IMG/VR virus record: IMGVR_UViG_3300017589_000168
Location: 23,471 to 87,470 of that record
Strand: one strand, 5' to 3'
DNA from: a virus
Taxonomy: Duplodnaviria > Caudoviricetes
Length of the DNA: 64,000 bases
A program made the translations under genes and the position numbers. Positions 27,717 through 37,596 of this stretch are shown here, in pieces (position 1 is the first letter of the stretch; each line of letters starts with the position of its first letter). The notes beneath the pieces are model-generated. The model was given only the letters and a program-made list of their open reading frames with translations, ran no database searches and had not been told where the DNA came from.

Positions 27717-28721
27717 ATGATTTTATATCTTTCATCTACACAGCACACCAACTTGCTGGACTTCACAGGGTTTTATGACAATGACAGTGAACTGCCCATC
27801 AAGAAAATGGTGGGTAATTTTGTTCTCAAACAGTTTATCATCTACGATATGCGCAACTTCTCCCATTTTTCCGAGGTGGTTTTGGATCGCATTGCCTTTG
27901 GGGACAGCGATGAGGAATTTGCCGAAGCCATCGAAGAATTTCTGACCATGTATAGTCCACGCATTACGGTGATTTGTGAGGGGTTAGGACAGGACAGCAG
28001 CCTATTTCAATCACTTTTGAACAGCGGCGTGGGTAATATTGTCTGTGATACGGAGATTGCCGCTATCCAGCGTGAAATAGCCGAGTGTCTGAGCGAGCAG
28101 GGAATGACGCGCTACCAGCCCAAGGAACGAGTAAAAAAAGCGGAAAGTTGTAAAAGGTATCGGTTTGACTGTGAAAATATCCACATCGCCGTGATTTCCT
28201 CACAGCCGAGAATGGGGGCAACCACCACGGCAATCGGTCTGTCCTCATGGCTTGCCGCTGTGGGGGCTTCTGTTTATTATATAGAGGAAAATGATAGCGG
28301 TATTTTAACCGGCATGGTGGCTGATTATGATATGGAGCAGTCTGGTGACGGCTGGCGGCTGGATGGTGTATATTACGGCAATTCCCCCATCAAAGAGCCT
28401 GCGAACTTCATTGTTCACGACATTGGCTTTACGACAAGCCTGAATAAAACAGTACAGACCGCCGATCTGCTGATGGCGGTCTGCGGTACAAAACCCTATG
28501 AGCTTCCCCATTCCATGCTTTTGATGAAAAGGCTGGAAACCATGGACGCCTATGTGCTATGCCCTTTTACCCATGAAAAGGTAAAGGGGGACTATGCGGC
28601 CTTTTTACAAAATGATTTTCACAAAGTATTATTTTTAGAGTACCAGCCTGAACTTACAGACGGTATGAGCAATGCCAAAACATATAAAACCATGCTGACA
28701 AAATATATCGCCGGAGCGTAA
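27717..28721 (+). CDS. Atypical receiver-like domain plus degenerate ParA/MinD domain (TadZ/CpaE-like)
   Basis: IAVISSQPRMGATTTAIGL deviant P-loop in the C-terminal half; the N-terminal alpha/beta domain assignment is inference. Confidence 0.5.
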   Translation: MILYLSSTQHTNLLDFTGFYDNDSELPIKKMVGNFVLKQFIIYDMRNFSHFSEVVLDRIAFGDSDEEFAEAIEEFLTMYSPRITVICEGLGQDSSLFQSLLNSGVGNIVCDTEIAAIQREIAECLSEQGMTRYQPKERVKKAESCKRYRFDCENIHIAVISSQPRMGATTTAIGLSSWLAAVGASVYYIEENDSGILTGMVADYDMEQSGDGWRLDGVYYGNSPIKEPANFIVHDIGFTTSLNKTVQTADLLMAVCGTKPYELPHSMLLMKRLETMDAYVLCPFTHEKVKGDYAAFLQNDFHKVLFLEYQPELTDGMSNAKTYKTMLTKYIAGA

Positions 28722-28742
28722 TGCTCCGGCGTAAGGAGGACT

Positions 28743-29399
28743 TTGATTATGACAAAGCAAGCTGAACTGAAAAAGCAGGCATATGCCAGCAGTCTGAAAA
28801 GCCGTGCGCTTTCCGTGCTGATTTATTTGATTGATCGTTCCAATAAAGACCTAACCTGTTTCCCGGCGATTCCAACCATGGCCGAGCAACTTCATATCTC
28901 CGTATCCACCGTGAAACGTGCATTAAAAGAACTTGTGGCCGCAGGTTATCTTGAAAAAACTGCCCGTTTCCGTGATAAAAACCGTGGACAAAGCTCAAAC
29001 CTTTATACTTTGCTTTTTATGGAGCAGCCCCCGGCACCTGATTATGATAATACCTCTGGAAAAGAACACAGAGATGATATAAATACACCTGACGAAGAAA
29101 AACAGTCAAAAGGCTACGTTGTAAAACACATCACATTCGATACACTCGCTGAAAAGACAAAAACAGAGCAGAAACCAAGCCCACCTGAAATAGTACAGGA
29201 AGATGAAATAGAGTGCTCCGATTGTTATGATAGGCCAATACGGTCTGTTTTTTGCACCCCCGTTCAAGTTGCTATTCTGTCAAAGGATAGGAAACCTCAG
29301 AGAATATTTGACAAACTAAATTGCCCTCTTTTGCTCCAGCCTATTCAATCTCCTTTTTTGCAGTGGACGGGGGCGGAGTCCATTTTGGTGCCCCCTTGA
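28743..29399 (+). CDS. Winged HTH protein (replication-initiator-like N-terminus)
   Basis: ALSVLIYLIDRSNK-LTCFPAIPTMAEQLHISVSTVKRALKELVAAGYL...SSNLY. Confidence 0.75.
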   Translation: MIMTKQAELKKQAYASSLKSRALSVLIYLIDRSNKDLTCFPAIPTMAEQLHISVSTVKRALKELVAAGYLEKTARFRDKNRGQSSNLYTLLFMEQPPAPDYDNTSGKEHRDDINTPDEEKQSKGYVVKHITFDTLAEKTKTEQKPSPPEIVQEDEIECSDCYDRPIRSVFCTPVQVAILSKDRKPQRIFDKLNCPLLLQPIQSPFLQWTGAESILVPP

Positions 29400-29449
29400 A
29401 CTACTCAGGTGAACTGATATAAATAGCGGAAAATAAGTTAATTAAGAGA

Positions 29450-30721
29450 TTACGCCGTAGCCTGAAAGATAAACCAGCCATCCTTAACCGAAAACTGAAA
29501 TACACCGCCATGCTTTTCCACGATATGGGCTATGCTTTTTGTGCCAAAGCCATGTCCCTGTTCTTTTGATACAGGAAGCCCTTGCCTGAATACTGGTTCT
29601 GCCTGATAGCTATTGTGTAGATCAATGCACAACTTATTATTTTTGGAATACATACGCAGCCGGATGATGCGTTTGTTGCGGTCAGGTATCTGTTCACAGG
29701 CATGGATAGCATTTTCCAAAGCGTTTGACAAGAGCGAGCAAAGCTCAGTATCGCTAAAGGGAAGCAAATCAGGCAGTTTTGCATCCACCGTCAGCATGAT
29801 TTCCGCTTGTTTCGCTTTCGTAGCGAAAGCGGACAAAATCAGGTTGACGGTTTCGTTTTCACAAAAGCGTGTGGGCGTGATGGCATCCATGTCGGACTGG
29901 GCAGTTCGTAGGTACTCTTTAATCCCCTCGATGTGTTCCTTGGAGGCCAGTCCCTGTAAAAGCGCAAAATGATGGCGCATATCATGCCGATAGGATGCGG
30001 CGTTCTGCTGTAACTGCCGCAGAGAAGCAAACTCTGTCTGCGCCAGTCTAAACTGTGCATCCAGCATATCCTTTTCTCTTTGAAGGCTTGCCTGTTTTTG
30101 TGTCTCAGCGTAGTAAAGGATCACAAACACAAAATAGAAAACAGATATTGTTGAGGGCATGAACTGTACCGCCCATTCGGTTCCGCTGTAAAGCACATCG
30201 GTGTAGATGGCGGTCACATAGTCAAACAGATAGTAAAAAAGTGGGACTCCGCCTAAAAATAAGCAAGATTTCGTGGACTTCTCCATCAACTGCCGAACAG
30301 ATCCGGCTACATATCTTTTCAAGAAATAATAGGCCAAAAACACGGATGCTATGTAAAAAATATGGTCTGCAAGCCTGCTGTCTAAAGCGGCTCCTGCAAG
30401 AAAACCAAACCAGCGTGGTGCCTGACAGCAAAGATAACCGGAAAGCACGCTGACGGCGGATATGAGCCACGGGCACTTATAGTATAGGGTGAATATCACA
30501 ATCAGCGGCAGATGGATAATCAGCGGATACAGCTTTGATGTCAAATCCAAGCCCAAAAGCCACCAACTGGCGGTTTGAACGAAAAGGAAAATGACACAGA
30601 GCAAACCGGTAGTGAACCTGTTTTTCTTTGTGGGTTCTATTCCCGCAAAGAGAGCAGTCACCGTGAGGCCAAAGACCAAAGAAACACCAAATCGTAAGAG
30701 CCCGATCACGATTACTGCCAT
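29450..30721 (-). CDS. AgrC-like GHKL sensor histidine kinase
   Basis: Polytopic N-terminus, RHDMRHH H-box, NALENAIHAC N-box, GHGFGTKSI G-box. Confidence 0.92.
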   Translation of the reverse strand: MAVIVIGLLRFGVSLVFGLTVTALFAGIEPTKKNRFTTGLLCVIFLFVQTASWWLLGLDLTSKLYPLIIHLPLIVIFTLYYKCPWLISAVSVLSGYLCCQAPRWFGFLAGAALDSRLADHIFYIASVFLAYYFLKRYVAGSVRQLMEKSTKSCLFLGGVPLFYYLFDYVTAIYTDVLYSGTEWAVQFMPSTISVFYFVFVILYYAETQKQASLQREKDMLDAQFRLAQTEFASLRQLQQNAASYRHDMRHHFALLQGLASKEHIEGIKEYLRTAQSDMDAITPTRFCENETVNLILSAFATKAKQAEIMLTVDAKLPDLLPFSDTELCSLLSNALENAIHACEQIPDRNKRIIRLRMYSKNNKLCIDLHNSYQAEPVFRQGLPVSKEQGHGFGTKSIAHIVEKHGGVFQFSVKDGWFIFQATA

Positions 30722-30722
30722 T

Positions 30723-31451
30723 TTAAGCGCCCCCCTCCATTTGATAATTCAGATATTGCTGCTTAATCTCCTTTGCCTTGCCCTGTGCGACAGGAACAGC
30801 GGAAAGGGTCTGTAAGGTGATCTGATGGTTTTCGATGGTATCCACATACTGCATATTCACAAGATAGGAGCGGTGGGGCTTAATAAAACATCCATATTTC
30901 AGCAGGCTATCGCAGACAGAGGAAAAAGGCTCCGTACATTCGGCCACCTTGCCGGAGCGCAGATGATAGAGGACGTTTCTGCCGATAACCTCGACAAAGA
31001 CCAAATTGGAGATAAGTAATTTTTGAATCCCCTCGTTGCTCTTTACGATGACGGCATCCTCTTCCTTTTCCAATTTAATCTGCTCCAACAGCTCATCAAA
31101 GGTGAAGAACAGCTTCTCCTTTGAAATTGGCTTGAGTACATAGTTGATGGCTTTCACCGAATAGCTTTCCAAAGCAAACTCAGGTGATGAGGTGAAAAAT
31201 AAAATCGGTGCGGTTTTGTCAAAGTTGCGGATTTCCTTTGCCGCATCAATACCTGTAAAGCCCGGCATCATAATATCCAGACAGTATATATCAAACCGCT
31301 TTCCTTTTTCCAAGGCTGAAACCAGCTCAAACCCGTTTGGAAAGACAGCGTGGTCACAGTTTAGATTTCTTGATGTTCGGTACAGGTCTATAAGCTGTAC
31401 CATATTGGACAGCTCGTCAATATTGTCGTCACAGACCGCAATTTGCAGCAT
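30723..31451 (-). CDS. LytTR-family response regulator
   Basis: Start adjusted to MLQIAVCDD (31451); LDIMMPGFTGID, YVLKP, and LytTR FIKPHRSYLVN. Confidence 0.95.
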   Translation of the reverse strand: MLQIAVCDDNIDELSNMVQLIDLYRTSRNLNCDHAVFPNGFELVSALEKGKRFDIYCLDIMMPGFTGIDAAKEIRNFDKTAPILFFTSSPEFALESYSVKAINYVLKPISKEKLFFTFDELLEQIKLEKEEDAVIVKSNEGIQKLLISNLVFVEVIGRNVLYHLRSGKVAECTEPFSSVCDSLLKYGCFIKPHRSYLVNMQYVDTIENHQITLQTLSAVPVAQGKAKEIKQQYLNYQMEGGA

Positions 31452-31470
31452 AAGCACACCTCCTGTTCTA

Positions 31471-31761
31471 TTAGACTTCTTCGGAAACTCTCGCAGGCTC
31501 TCCCACCTGTAAATCGGGTAGTTGCCGATTACTGGGTTCAAATTTTATAACGGCATTTTCATCAGGAACATACTCCATAATGTCGCCGAAGTCGCAGCCC
31601 AAAACGCCACAAATCCGAACCAAAATATCGACATATATGTTTTCATCTTTTGATATTTTCAGAAGCGAGCCGCTGCTGATACCCGCCGCCTTGCATAGCT
31701 CGCCTTTTCTTATTTTTCTGTCGATCATCAGTTTGAATAATTTGTTATAACTGACACCCAT
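31471..31761 (-). CDS. Cro/C1-type HTH regulator
   Basis: MGVSYNKLFKLMIDRKIRKGELCKAAGIS...RICGVLGCDFGDIME. Confidence 0.85.
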   Translation of the reverse strand: MGVSYNKLFKLMIDRKIRKGELCKAAGISSGSLLKISKDENIYVDILVRICGVLGCDFGDIMEYVPDENAVIKFEPSNRQLPDLQVGEPARVSEEV

Positions 31762-31935
31762 AACACGCCTCACGTCCCTCTAAAAGTCGAAAATCGTTTA
31801 TACAAGTAACAGATTACAGTATATCATCAAATCATGGCAAAAACAAGATAAAATTCGTGCGTACTCGTCGATTTTCGTGTGATATTGTGTTGCTTCACAT
31901 CTAAAAGCAAAAAAGACAGGAGCCTACTTTCCTCC

Positions 31936-32008
31936 AAAATCATGTTTCATGTCGAAAAAATCATGTTTCATGCAGCGGACGGTTTTGCAGAGAGATTTCT
32001 GATAGATT
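31936..32008 (+). promoter_or_regulatory. LytTR-type direct-repeat promoter, copy 1
   Basis: TCATGTTTCATG at 31940 and 31961 (21-bp period); extended -10 TGaTAGATT at 32000-32008. Confidence 0.75.
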
Positions 32009-32058
32009 GAACGTGGAGAAATAAATGTTATTTCGTTCAATCAAAAAGGAGGAAAACT

Positions 32059-34197
32059 ATGAAAAAGCAATTTATGGGCATACTGCTCACTCTGTGTATG
32101 GTACTTACCCTGCTGCCGACAACGGCGTTTGCATCAGGCTGGGCAGCAGAAAACACGATTACCAAAGGTTGGTACCATCTCCGCTGTATGAACAATTACC
32201 TCAATTTCACTGCTGACGGAGCTGCAGAGCTACGCAAGCTTTCTGAAAATGAAGCCTTTTATGTGGAAAGCCAAGGCGACGGCCAATATACCTTGAAAAT
32301 GAAAAACGGCAGATATTTGGGGCTTGAGGGCACGAGAAAAGATGGTGTGCGAGTAAAAGCGGTAGATAGCCCTTATACTTGGCTTATCCATTGGGAAGCG
32401 ACTAACTTTAACAAAGAAAAGTCGGACATTTTCAGTTTGCGTCCGCCCGAAGCTTCAAAAATGGTCGTTAATGCATCCGGTGAGAAAAATGCTGACGGAA
32501 CTTCCATTATTATATGGAAACATGAGAAGTTAGACGCCCCCAATCATGCTGAATTTCGGTTTGTTCCTGCAACCACAACAGCAGATCCTACCGGTGAGAG
32601 ATGGACAACCTATAAAGAAAACGGGTTGATGGGCTACAAAGACCAGAGCGGCAAAGTGGTGATTAAGGCGCAGTTTAATGACGCTGAAAAGTTTTCTCAA
32701 GGAATAGCCAGGGTTTACGATAAAGTCAAAGGTGCGGCCGCCTATATAGACACCACAGGCAAACTCATCACGCCGTTCAAATATTACTCTGCTGCGAGTA
32801 GTCATATCGTTTATAACGGTTTGATGCTGGTAGGTATCTATGGAGATGACGTAGTCAAGGCCATTATGAATGGGGACGGCGTAGAGTACACCGAGTCGGT
32901 AGGGAGCGATACTGTAGTCGTGATGAAAAGCGGCAAGAAACTTAAATATGACCTCAAATACGGCTTTATCGACACAAAAGGAAAAGAAGTAATACCGCTG
33001 CAATTCGATGGAGCCTACTCCTTTCAGGACGGTCTGGCGGCTGTGCTCCAGTTTCAAGGCCGCCAATATGGATTTTCTTATAGCAAGATAGGCTATATTG
33101 ACACAACCGGGAAACTGGTCATCCCTTATCAGTACGGCGGCGATAACCTCTACGATGCGAGTGTCTTCTCTTACAAAGACGGCTTGACGTGCTTCTTCAA
33201 GTACCTCGGAAAGGATGGCTTGTCTGCTGACGGGTGGGTTTCATATGCTCAGGGAGGCATAATGGATAAGACAGGTAAGGTTATCGTCCCGTCCAACCCT
33301 GATAGATATTATCATTCAGATCAGTTTGGTCTCCAATGGAAAGATGGCGTTATTGTGAACAACTACTCCACGGAAGTGAATGCGAAAGGTATACCCACAA
33401 AAGGCGGGGGGAAAGAGTGGTCATTCACGGAGTTATACGACTATTCGGGTAAGTTAATCAAAAAACTCGATGAATACACCGATGCTATGCCTATAGGCGG
33501 TGGCTATACGCTGGCTCTTCACCAAGTACCCTATGGTAAAACGGTAAAATATCTGGATACCGAAGCCTATGAGGGTTATTGGACTGTCTTTGACCGCAAC
33601 GGCAAGATTGTGGTTGATAACGTGCAAAAGAATAACTTCTACCTTCTTAACAGTGCTTATGGCTATGCGAACGGCTACGTCTATTTCGGCGGCGAAGGCT
33701 ATAAGGTCTCTGAGACGCCTGCCCCGGTCACACCGACTCCCAAAACAGAAGTGACCGCCACACCAAGCAAGACGAGCTTTGTTATGAGCAGCAAGCCCGT
33801 ATCTGTTACAGCGGCATACAGCATAAACAGCACTAATTACTTACAGCTTCGCGCAATCGCAGCGATGCTGAATGGCACCGCCGCACAGTTTGATGTAGGC
33901 TGGGACGGACAGTTTGCCGTGATTGAACCCACCAAGCCATACAGCGGTGCGGTTACCGAAACCAAGCTCCAAAATACAACGAATGTCAGGCAGAGCGGAA
34001 CGAAGTTCAAGCTGGATGGTGAAGTTTTTACATTCTCAGATGCACGGCTGATAGACGGTGACACCAACTACCTTCAACTGCGCGAGTTTGCACAAAAACT
34101 CTCCGGCACAGCATCGCAGTTCAACGTGTACTGGGACAGTGCGGCAGGTCAGGCGGTTATTCAGCCCGGCATGGCCTATACGGGGTCAGCATCATAG
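32059..34197 (+). CDS. Secreted protein: ricin-B-like domain, WG repeats, duplicated C-terminal stalk domain
   Basis: Signal peptide ending AFAS; repeats GYKDQSGKVVI, GFIDTKGKEVIP, GYIDTTGKLVIP; twice NYLQLR. Confidence 0.85.
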   Translation: MKKQFMGILLTLCMVLTLLPTTAFASGWAAENTITKGWYHLRCMNNYLNFTADGAAELRKLSENEAFYVESQGDGQYTLKMKNGRYLGLEGTRKDGVRVKAVDSPYTWLIHWEATNFNKEKSDIFSLRPPEASKMVVNASGEKNADGTSIIIWKHEKLDAPNHAEFRFVPATTTADPTGERWTTYKENGLMGYKDQSGKVVIKAQFNDAEKFSQGIARVYDKVKGAAAYIDTTGKLITPFKYYSAASSHIVYNGLMLVGIYGDDVVKAIMNGDGVEYTESVGSDTVVVMKSGKKLKYDLKYGFIDTKGKEVIPLQFDGAYSFQDGLAAVLQFQGRQYGFSYSKIGYIDTTGKLVIPYQYGGDNLYDASVFSYKDGLTCFFKYLGKDGLSADGWVSYAQGGIMDKTGKVIVPSNPDRYYHSDQFGLQWKDGVIVNNYSTEVNAKGIPTKGGGKEWSFTELYDYSGKLIKKLDEYTDAMPIGGGYTLALHQVPYGKTVKYLDTEAYEGYWTVFDRNGKIVVDNVQKNNFYLLNSAYGYANGYVYFGGEGYKVSETPAPVTPTPKTEVTATPSKTSFVMSSKPVSVTAAYSINSTNYLQLRAIAAMLNGTAAQFDVGWDGQFAVIEPTKPYSGAVTETKLQNTTNVRQSGTKFKLDGEVFTFSDARLIDGDTNYLQLREFAQKLSGTASQFNVYWDSAAGQAVIQPGMAYTGSAS

Positions 34198-34233
34198 TGA
34201 TGATCAGAAAGGTGTGAACCCTCTTCATACCTA

Positions 34234-34306
34234 AAAATCATGTTTCATGTCGAAAAAATCATGTTTCATGCAGCGGACGGTTTTAGATGCAGATTTTTGA
34301 TAGAGT
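34234..34306 (+). promoter_or_regulatory. LytTR-type direct-repeat promoter, copy 2
   Basis: TCATGTTTCATG at 34238 and 34259; TGaTAGAGT at 34298-34306; same spacing as copy 1. Confidence 0.75.
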
Positions 34307-34359
34307 GAACGCATGGGAATTTGCCTGATACAACCCAACAGAAAATGGAGGATTTAGAA

Positions 34360-34764
34360 ATGAAAAAGTTACTGGTACTTATCATGGCACTTGCCATGAC
34401 ACTGAACCTTGCAGCCTGCGGAGGAAGCAATGCTGCTCCTGCAACGTCTCCTTCTCCACCCGCACAAGTCGAGGAAGCAGGATTTACAGCAGAACAGCAA
34501 GCTCTTGCACAGGATTTTATGAGCATGGCGGAAGAATTTGATGCAATTGCTGACAAGGTAAATGCAAGTCCTGAGCTTTTGGAAAATGAAGAGCTTGTCA
34601 CTGCGATGAATGACCTTTCCAGTGAAATTATCAAGGCAGACGAATACTTTGCCAGTCCAGAAACGCTCACACCAGAGATTATGGGTGCCCTGACAGTAGC
34701 TATCGAGGTAGGCCGTTCATTCATCGCTGAAGCCGGTGCCGCTTTAGAAGAAATCGGCCATTGA
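34360..34764 (+). CDS. Lipoprotein
   Basis: ATG at 34360 after GGAGG; lipobox LAAC; acidic helical body. Confidence 0.85.
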   Translation: MKKLLVLIMALAMTLNLAACGGSNAAPATSPSPPAQVEEAGFTAEQQALAQDFMSMAEEFDAIADKVNASPELLENEELVTAMNDLSSEIIKADEYFASPETLTPEIMGALTVAIEVGRSFIAEAGAALEEIGH

Positions 34765-34814
34765 TATTCCCTGAACACTACAAAATTAAAAGAAAGAAAA
34801 TGGAGGAATTTATA

Positions 34815-35237
34815 ATGAAAAAATTACTGGTACTTATGATGGCGCTTGCCATGACACTGAGCCTTGCAGCCTGCGGAGGCAATGCCGAACCCCCTGCATC
34901 CACGCCTGCATCCACCCCCGCCGCTGCGGAACGACAGGACAACGTAACCCCCGAGCAGGCAGCGGCAATTGTAGACATCATGGCGAAGATGGGCCCGCTG
35001 TACAACGAGGCGGCTGAAGCTGCCGCGGCAAACGGCTGGGATAAGGACGAGGCAGCGGTGCAGGAGCTGAACGCAGTATATGCCACTATGGACTCCGCAA
35101 GGGTTGGACTTGGAGAACTTGACGGATACGGGGACACCAGCACAGAGAAAATTGACGCCGTTGTGGCAATGTATCAGGCTATGCTGGACGAAATGCCCAA
35201 CTTAGTTGCCAAGTATAGCGAGCCCTACAGCAACTAA
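34815..35237 (+). CDS. Lipoprotein (paralogous signal peptide)
   Basis: ATG at 34815 after GGAGG; lipobox LAAC. Confidence 0.85.
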   Translation: MKKLLVLMMALAMTLSLAACGGNAEPPASTPASTPAAAERQDNVTPEQAAAIVDIMAKMGPLYNEAAEAAAANGWDKDEAAVQELNAVYATMDSARVGLGELDGYGDTSTEKIDAVVAMYQAMLDEMPNLVAKYSEPYSN

Positions 35238-35285
35238 CAACTGCTGTTTTATCAGATGAATAAAATATAAAAAGCAATCTCATGA

Positions 35286-35320
35286 CAAAAGCGGATGCGG
35301 AACACCCGCATCCGCTTTTG
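35286..35320. terminator. Perfect 15-bp hairpin, bidirectional terminator-like
   Basis: CAAAAGCGGATGCGG-AACAC-CCGCATCCGCTTTTG. Confidence 0.7.
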
Positions 35321-35338
35321 CAAAAAGGAGGAAAGACT

Positions 35339-35893
35339 ATGCTGCCAACTTTCATCACAATCGCCGTAATTATTGCGGTCATTGTTCTATGGATCATCTC
35401 CACCCAGCGCAGACTGGTGGTGCTGGATGAGAATATCAGCAATGCCATGAGCCAGATCGGGGTGCAGCTTTCCAGCCGTTTTGACGCACTGACGGCCCTT
35501 TTGGATTTGACAAAGGGCTATGCCAAGCACGAAAGCGAAACGCTGATTGAGACAATCAAATCAAGAAGAAGCGTTATCACGGCAAAATCCACACCGGATG
35601 AAGTCATGCGTCAAGAAGGAGTTATTTCCGAGGCCTTGGGCAGAATTGCCATGGTAACGGAGCAATACCCCGACCTAAAAGCAAACCAAACATATATCAA
35701 AACCATGGACGCAGTGCAGACCTTTGAAAACATGGTGCGCACCAGCCGCCTGATCTACAACGACAGCGTGACCAAATTAAACCGTGAAATCCGGATGTTC
35801 CCGGTCTCTGCCATTGCCGGGATGCTGGGTTTCCGGCAAAGAGAGTATCTTGTGGAGCAGGCGGATAAAGCAGATATGCCAAGCATGAAATGA
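35339..35893 (+). CDS. lemA: LemA family protein
   Basis: N-terminal TM, QLSSRFD...YAKHESETL, YPDLKANQ...RLIYNDSVTKLN...FP. Confidence 0.9.
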   Translation: MLPTFITIAVIIAVIVLWIISTQRRLVVLDENISNAMSQIGVQLSSRFDALTALLDLTKGYAKHESETLIETIKSRRSVITAKSTPDEVMRQEGVISEALGRIAMVTEQYPDLKANQTYIKTMDAVQTFENMVRTSRLIYNDSVTKLNREIRMFPVSAIAGMLGFRQREYLVEQADKADMPSMK

Positions 35894-37587
35894 GGTGCCC
35901 TATGCGAAAAAAAGTGCATGGCCTGATTCTATGCATTGTCCTGCTGTTTTCCCTTTCACTCCCCGCATATGCTGCGAATCGGGTGGATACCATGGATATT
36001 CAGGCTGTCATTTACGAGGACGGCTCCATGTATGTGACGCAGGTTTGGGACGGCGATTTTGACGAGGGAACAGAAATTTATATCCCCATGAATGCGCCCG
36101 ATTATCTGACCATCAGCCAGCTTACGGTCTCCGACCAAAACGGAGTTTATGAAACCGTGCCGGATTGGAATGTAGATTGGAGCTTTGAGGAAAAAGCAGG
36201 AAAATGCGGCATCCATGATACGGACAGCGGGTATGAAATTTGCTTTGGCATCAGCCGGTACGGGCAGAACCGTTATTCCATTGAATATAAGCTGGACAAT
36301 GCGGTGGGCGGTTACAGCGACAGGGATGGGGTCAATTTTCGATTTGTAAACGATGGGATGAACACCACCCCCACTGATGTGAAGGTGGAAATTCGGCTGG
36401 CGGATGGTACGCCCATCACTGATGAAACCGCCGATGTATGGGGCTTTGGATATGTCGGACAGGTAGGTTTTTCAGAGGTTGCCATTCTTGCCTACACGGA
36501 AAGTCCCATTGCTCCAGAAAACCATGTGACGGTACTGTTTTCTTTGGAGAAAGGAATCCTGTCCCCCTCACGGCAAGAACCGGGCAGCTTTGAGGAAGTA
36601 AAAGAAACTGCCTTTTCAGGCAGTGATTACAATGATACCGGTGAAGAAGTATCCACATTTGAAGCGATTGTCACGATGCTTTTGTCCATCGGACTTCCCA
36701 TTGGGCTGATTATTTGGTTTTTCAGGATGAAAAAGAAACGTGCGGAGAAAAAAAGGCAAAGATTCGCAGAGCGATTTGGGTATTTCAGGGATATTCCCAA
36801 CGGCGGCAATCTGAGCGCCACCTATGCGCTGGGACGGCTGTTTGATGTGTGTGAGGACGGCGCAATTCTCTCCACAGGAATGCTGCGGCTGATTCAGTTA
36901 GGCTGTCTGTCCCCGGTGGAAACGCAGGAAATCGGGTTTATGGGCAAGACCAAAGAAACCGTAAGCCTGCGGCTCATGGGCAGCAATCACGCTAACATGA
37001 ACGAGTATGACGAGTACCTTTATACGGTGTTGGAGGGCGCGGCCGGTTTGGACTCCATTTTGCAGCCAAAGGAGCTGGAACGCTTTGTAAGTCAAAACGA
37101 CAAGCTGCTGTGTACCTACATACAGAAATGCGACAGCGCGGGCAGAACCTATTTGAACCAAAAGCACTGCCTGAAACGGTGGAATACGCCGGTAAAGCTC
37201 ACCGACCTGACCCCTGCCGGGGAGCAGGAGCTGGGCGAGCTGATGGGGCTGAAACGGTATTTGACGGATTTTTCATTGATCGCCGAACGAGGTGTCAAGG
37301 AAATGCCGATTTGGCGGGAGCTTTTGACCTATGCCATGCTCTTTGGTATTGCCGATCAGGTGGCGGAGCAGATGAAAGAGCTGTACCCACAAATTTCTGC
37401 CGAGCTGACCGATTACAGTCAAAACATGGCGACTGCCTATTCCTACCACTACTTGCTTTACAGCAATATGAAGCAAGCCGAACAGCGGCGTGAGCAGGAA
37501 AAACGCAGCGGCGGAGGCGGTGGATTTGCTTCCCTTGGCGGAGGCGGCGGCTCCATCGGCGGCGGTTCGGGCGGCGGAACACGATAA
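35890..37587 (+). CDS. DUF2207-like membrane protein
   Basis: Signal peptide, DGSMYVTQVW, one TM, WRELLTYAMLFG, Gly-rich tail; typical lemA neighbour. Confidence 0.85.
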   Translation: MRCPMRKKVHGLILCIVLLFSLSLPAYAANRVDTMDIQAVIYEDGSMYVTQVWDGDFDEGTEIYIPMNAPDYLTISQLTVSDQNGVYETVPDWNVDWSFEEKAGKCGIHDTDSGYEICFGISRYGQNRYSIEYKLDNAVGGYSDRDGVNFRFVNDGMNTTPTDVKVEIRLADGTPITDETADVWGFGYVGQVGFSEVAILAYTESPIAPENHVTVLFSLEKGILSPSRQEPGSFEEVKETAFSGSDYNDTGEEVSTFEAIVTMLLSIGLPIGLIIWFFRMKKKRAEKKRQRFAERFGYFRDIPNGGNLSATYALGRLFDVCEDGAILSTGMLRLIQLGCLSPVETQEIGFMGKTKETVSLRLMGSNHANMNEYDEYLYTVLEGAAGLDSILQPKELERFVSQNDKLLCTYIQKCDSAGRTYLNQKHCLKRWNTPVKLTDLTPAGEQELGELMGLKRYLTDFSLIAERGVKEMPIWRELLTYAMLFGIADQVAEQMKELYPQISAELTDYSQNMATAYSYHYLLYSNMKQAEQRREQEKRSGGGGGFASLGGGGGSIGGGSGGGTR

Positions 37588-37596
37588 TGAGAACAA

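Noticed and set aside
29450-31451. Agr quorum-sensing locus
   Set aside because: AgrC/AgrA-like pair only; no AgrB or AgrD-like gene in the window.
37505-37582. GGC-rich microsatellite at the end of the DUF2207-like gene
   Set aside because: It encodes the Gly-rich tail typical of this family and is imperfect.
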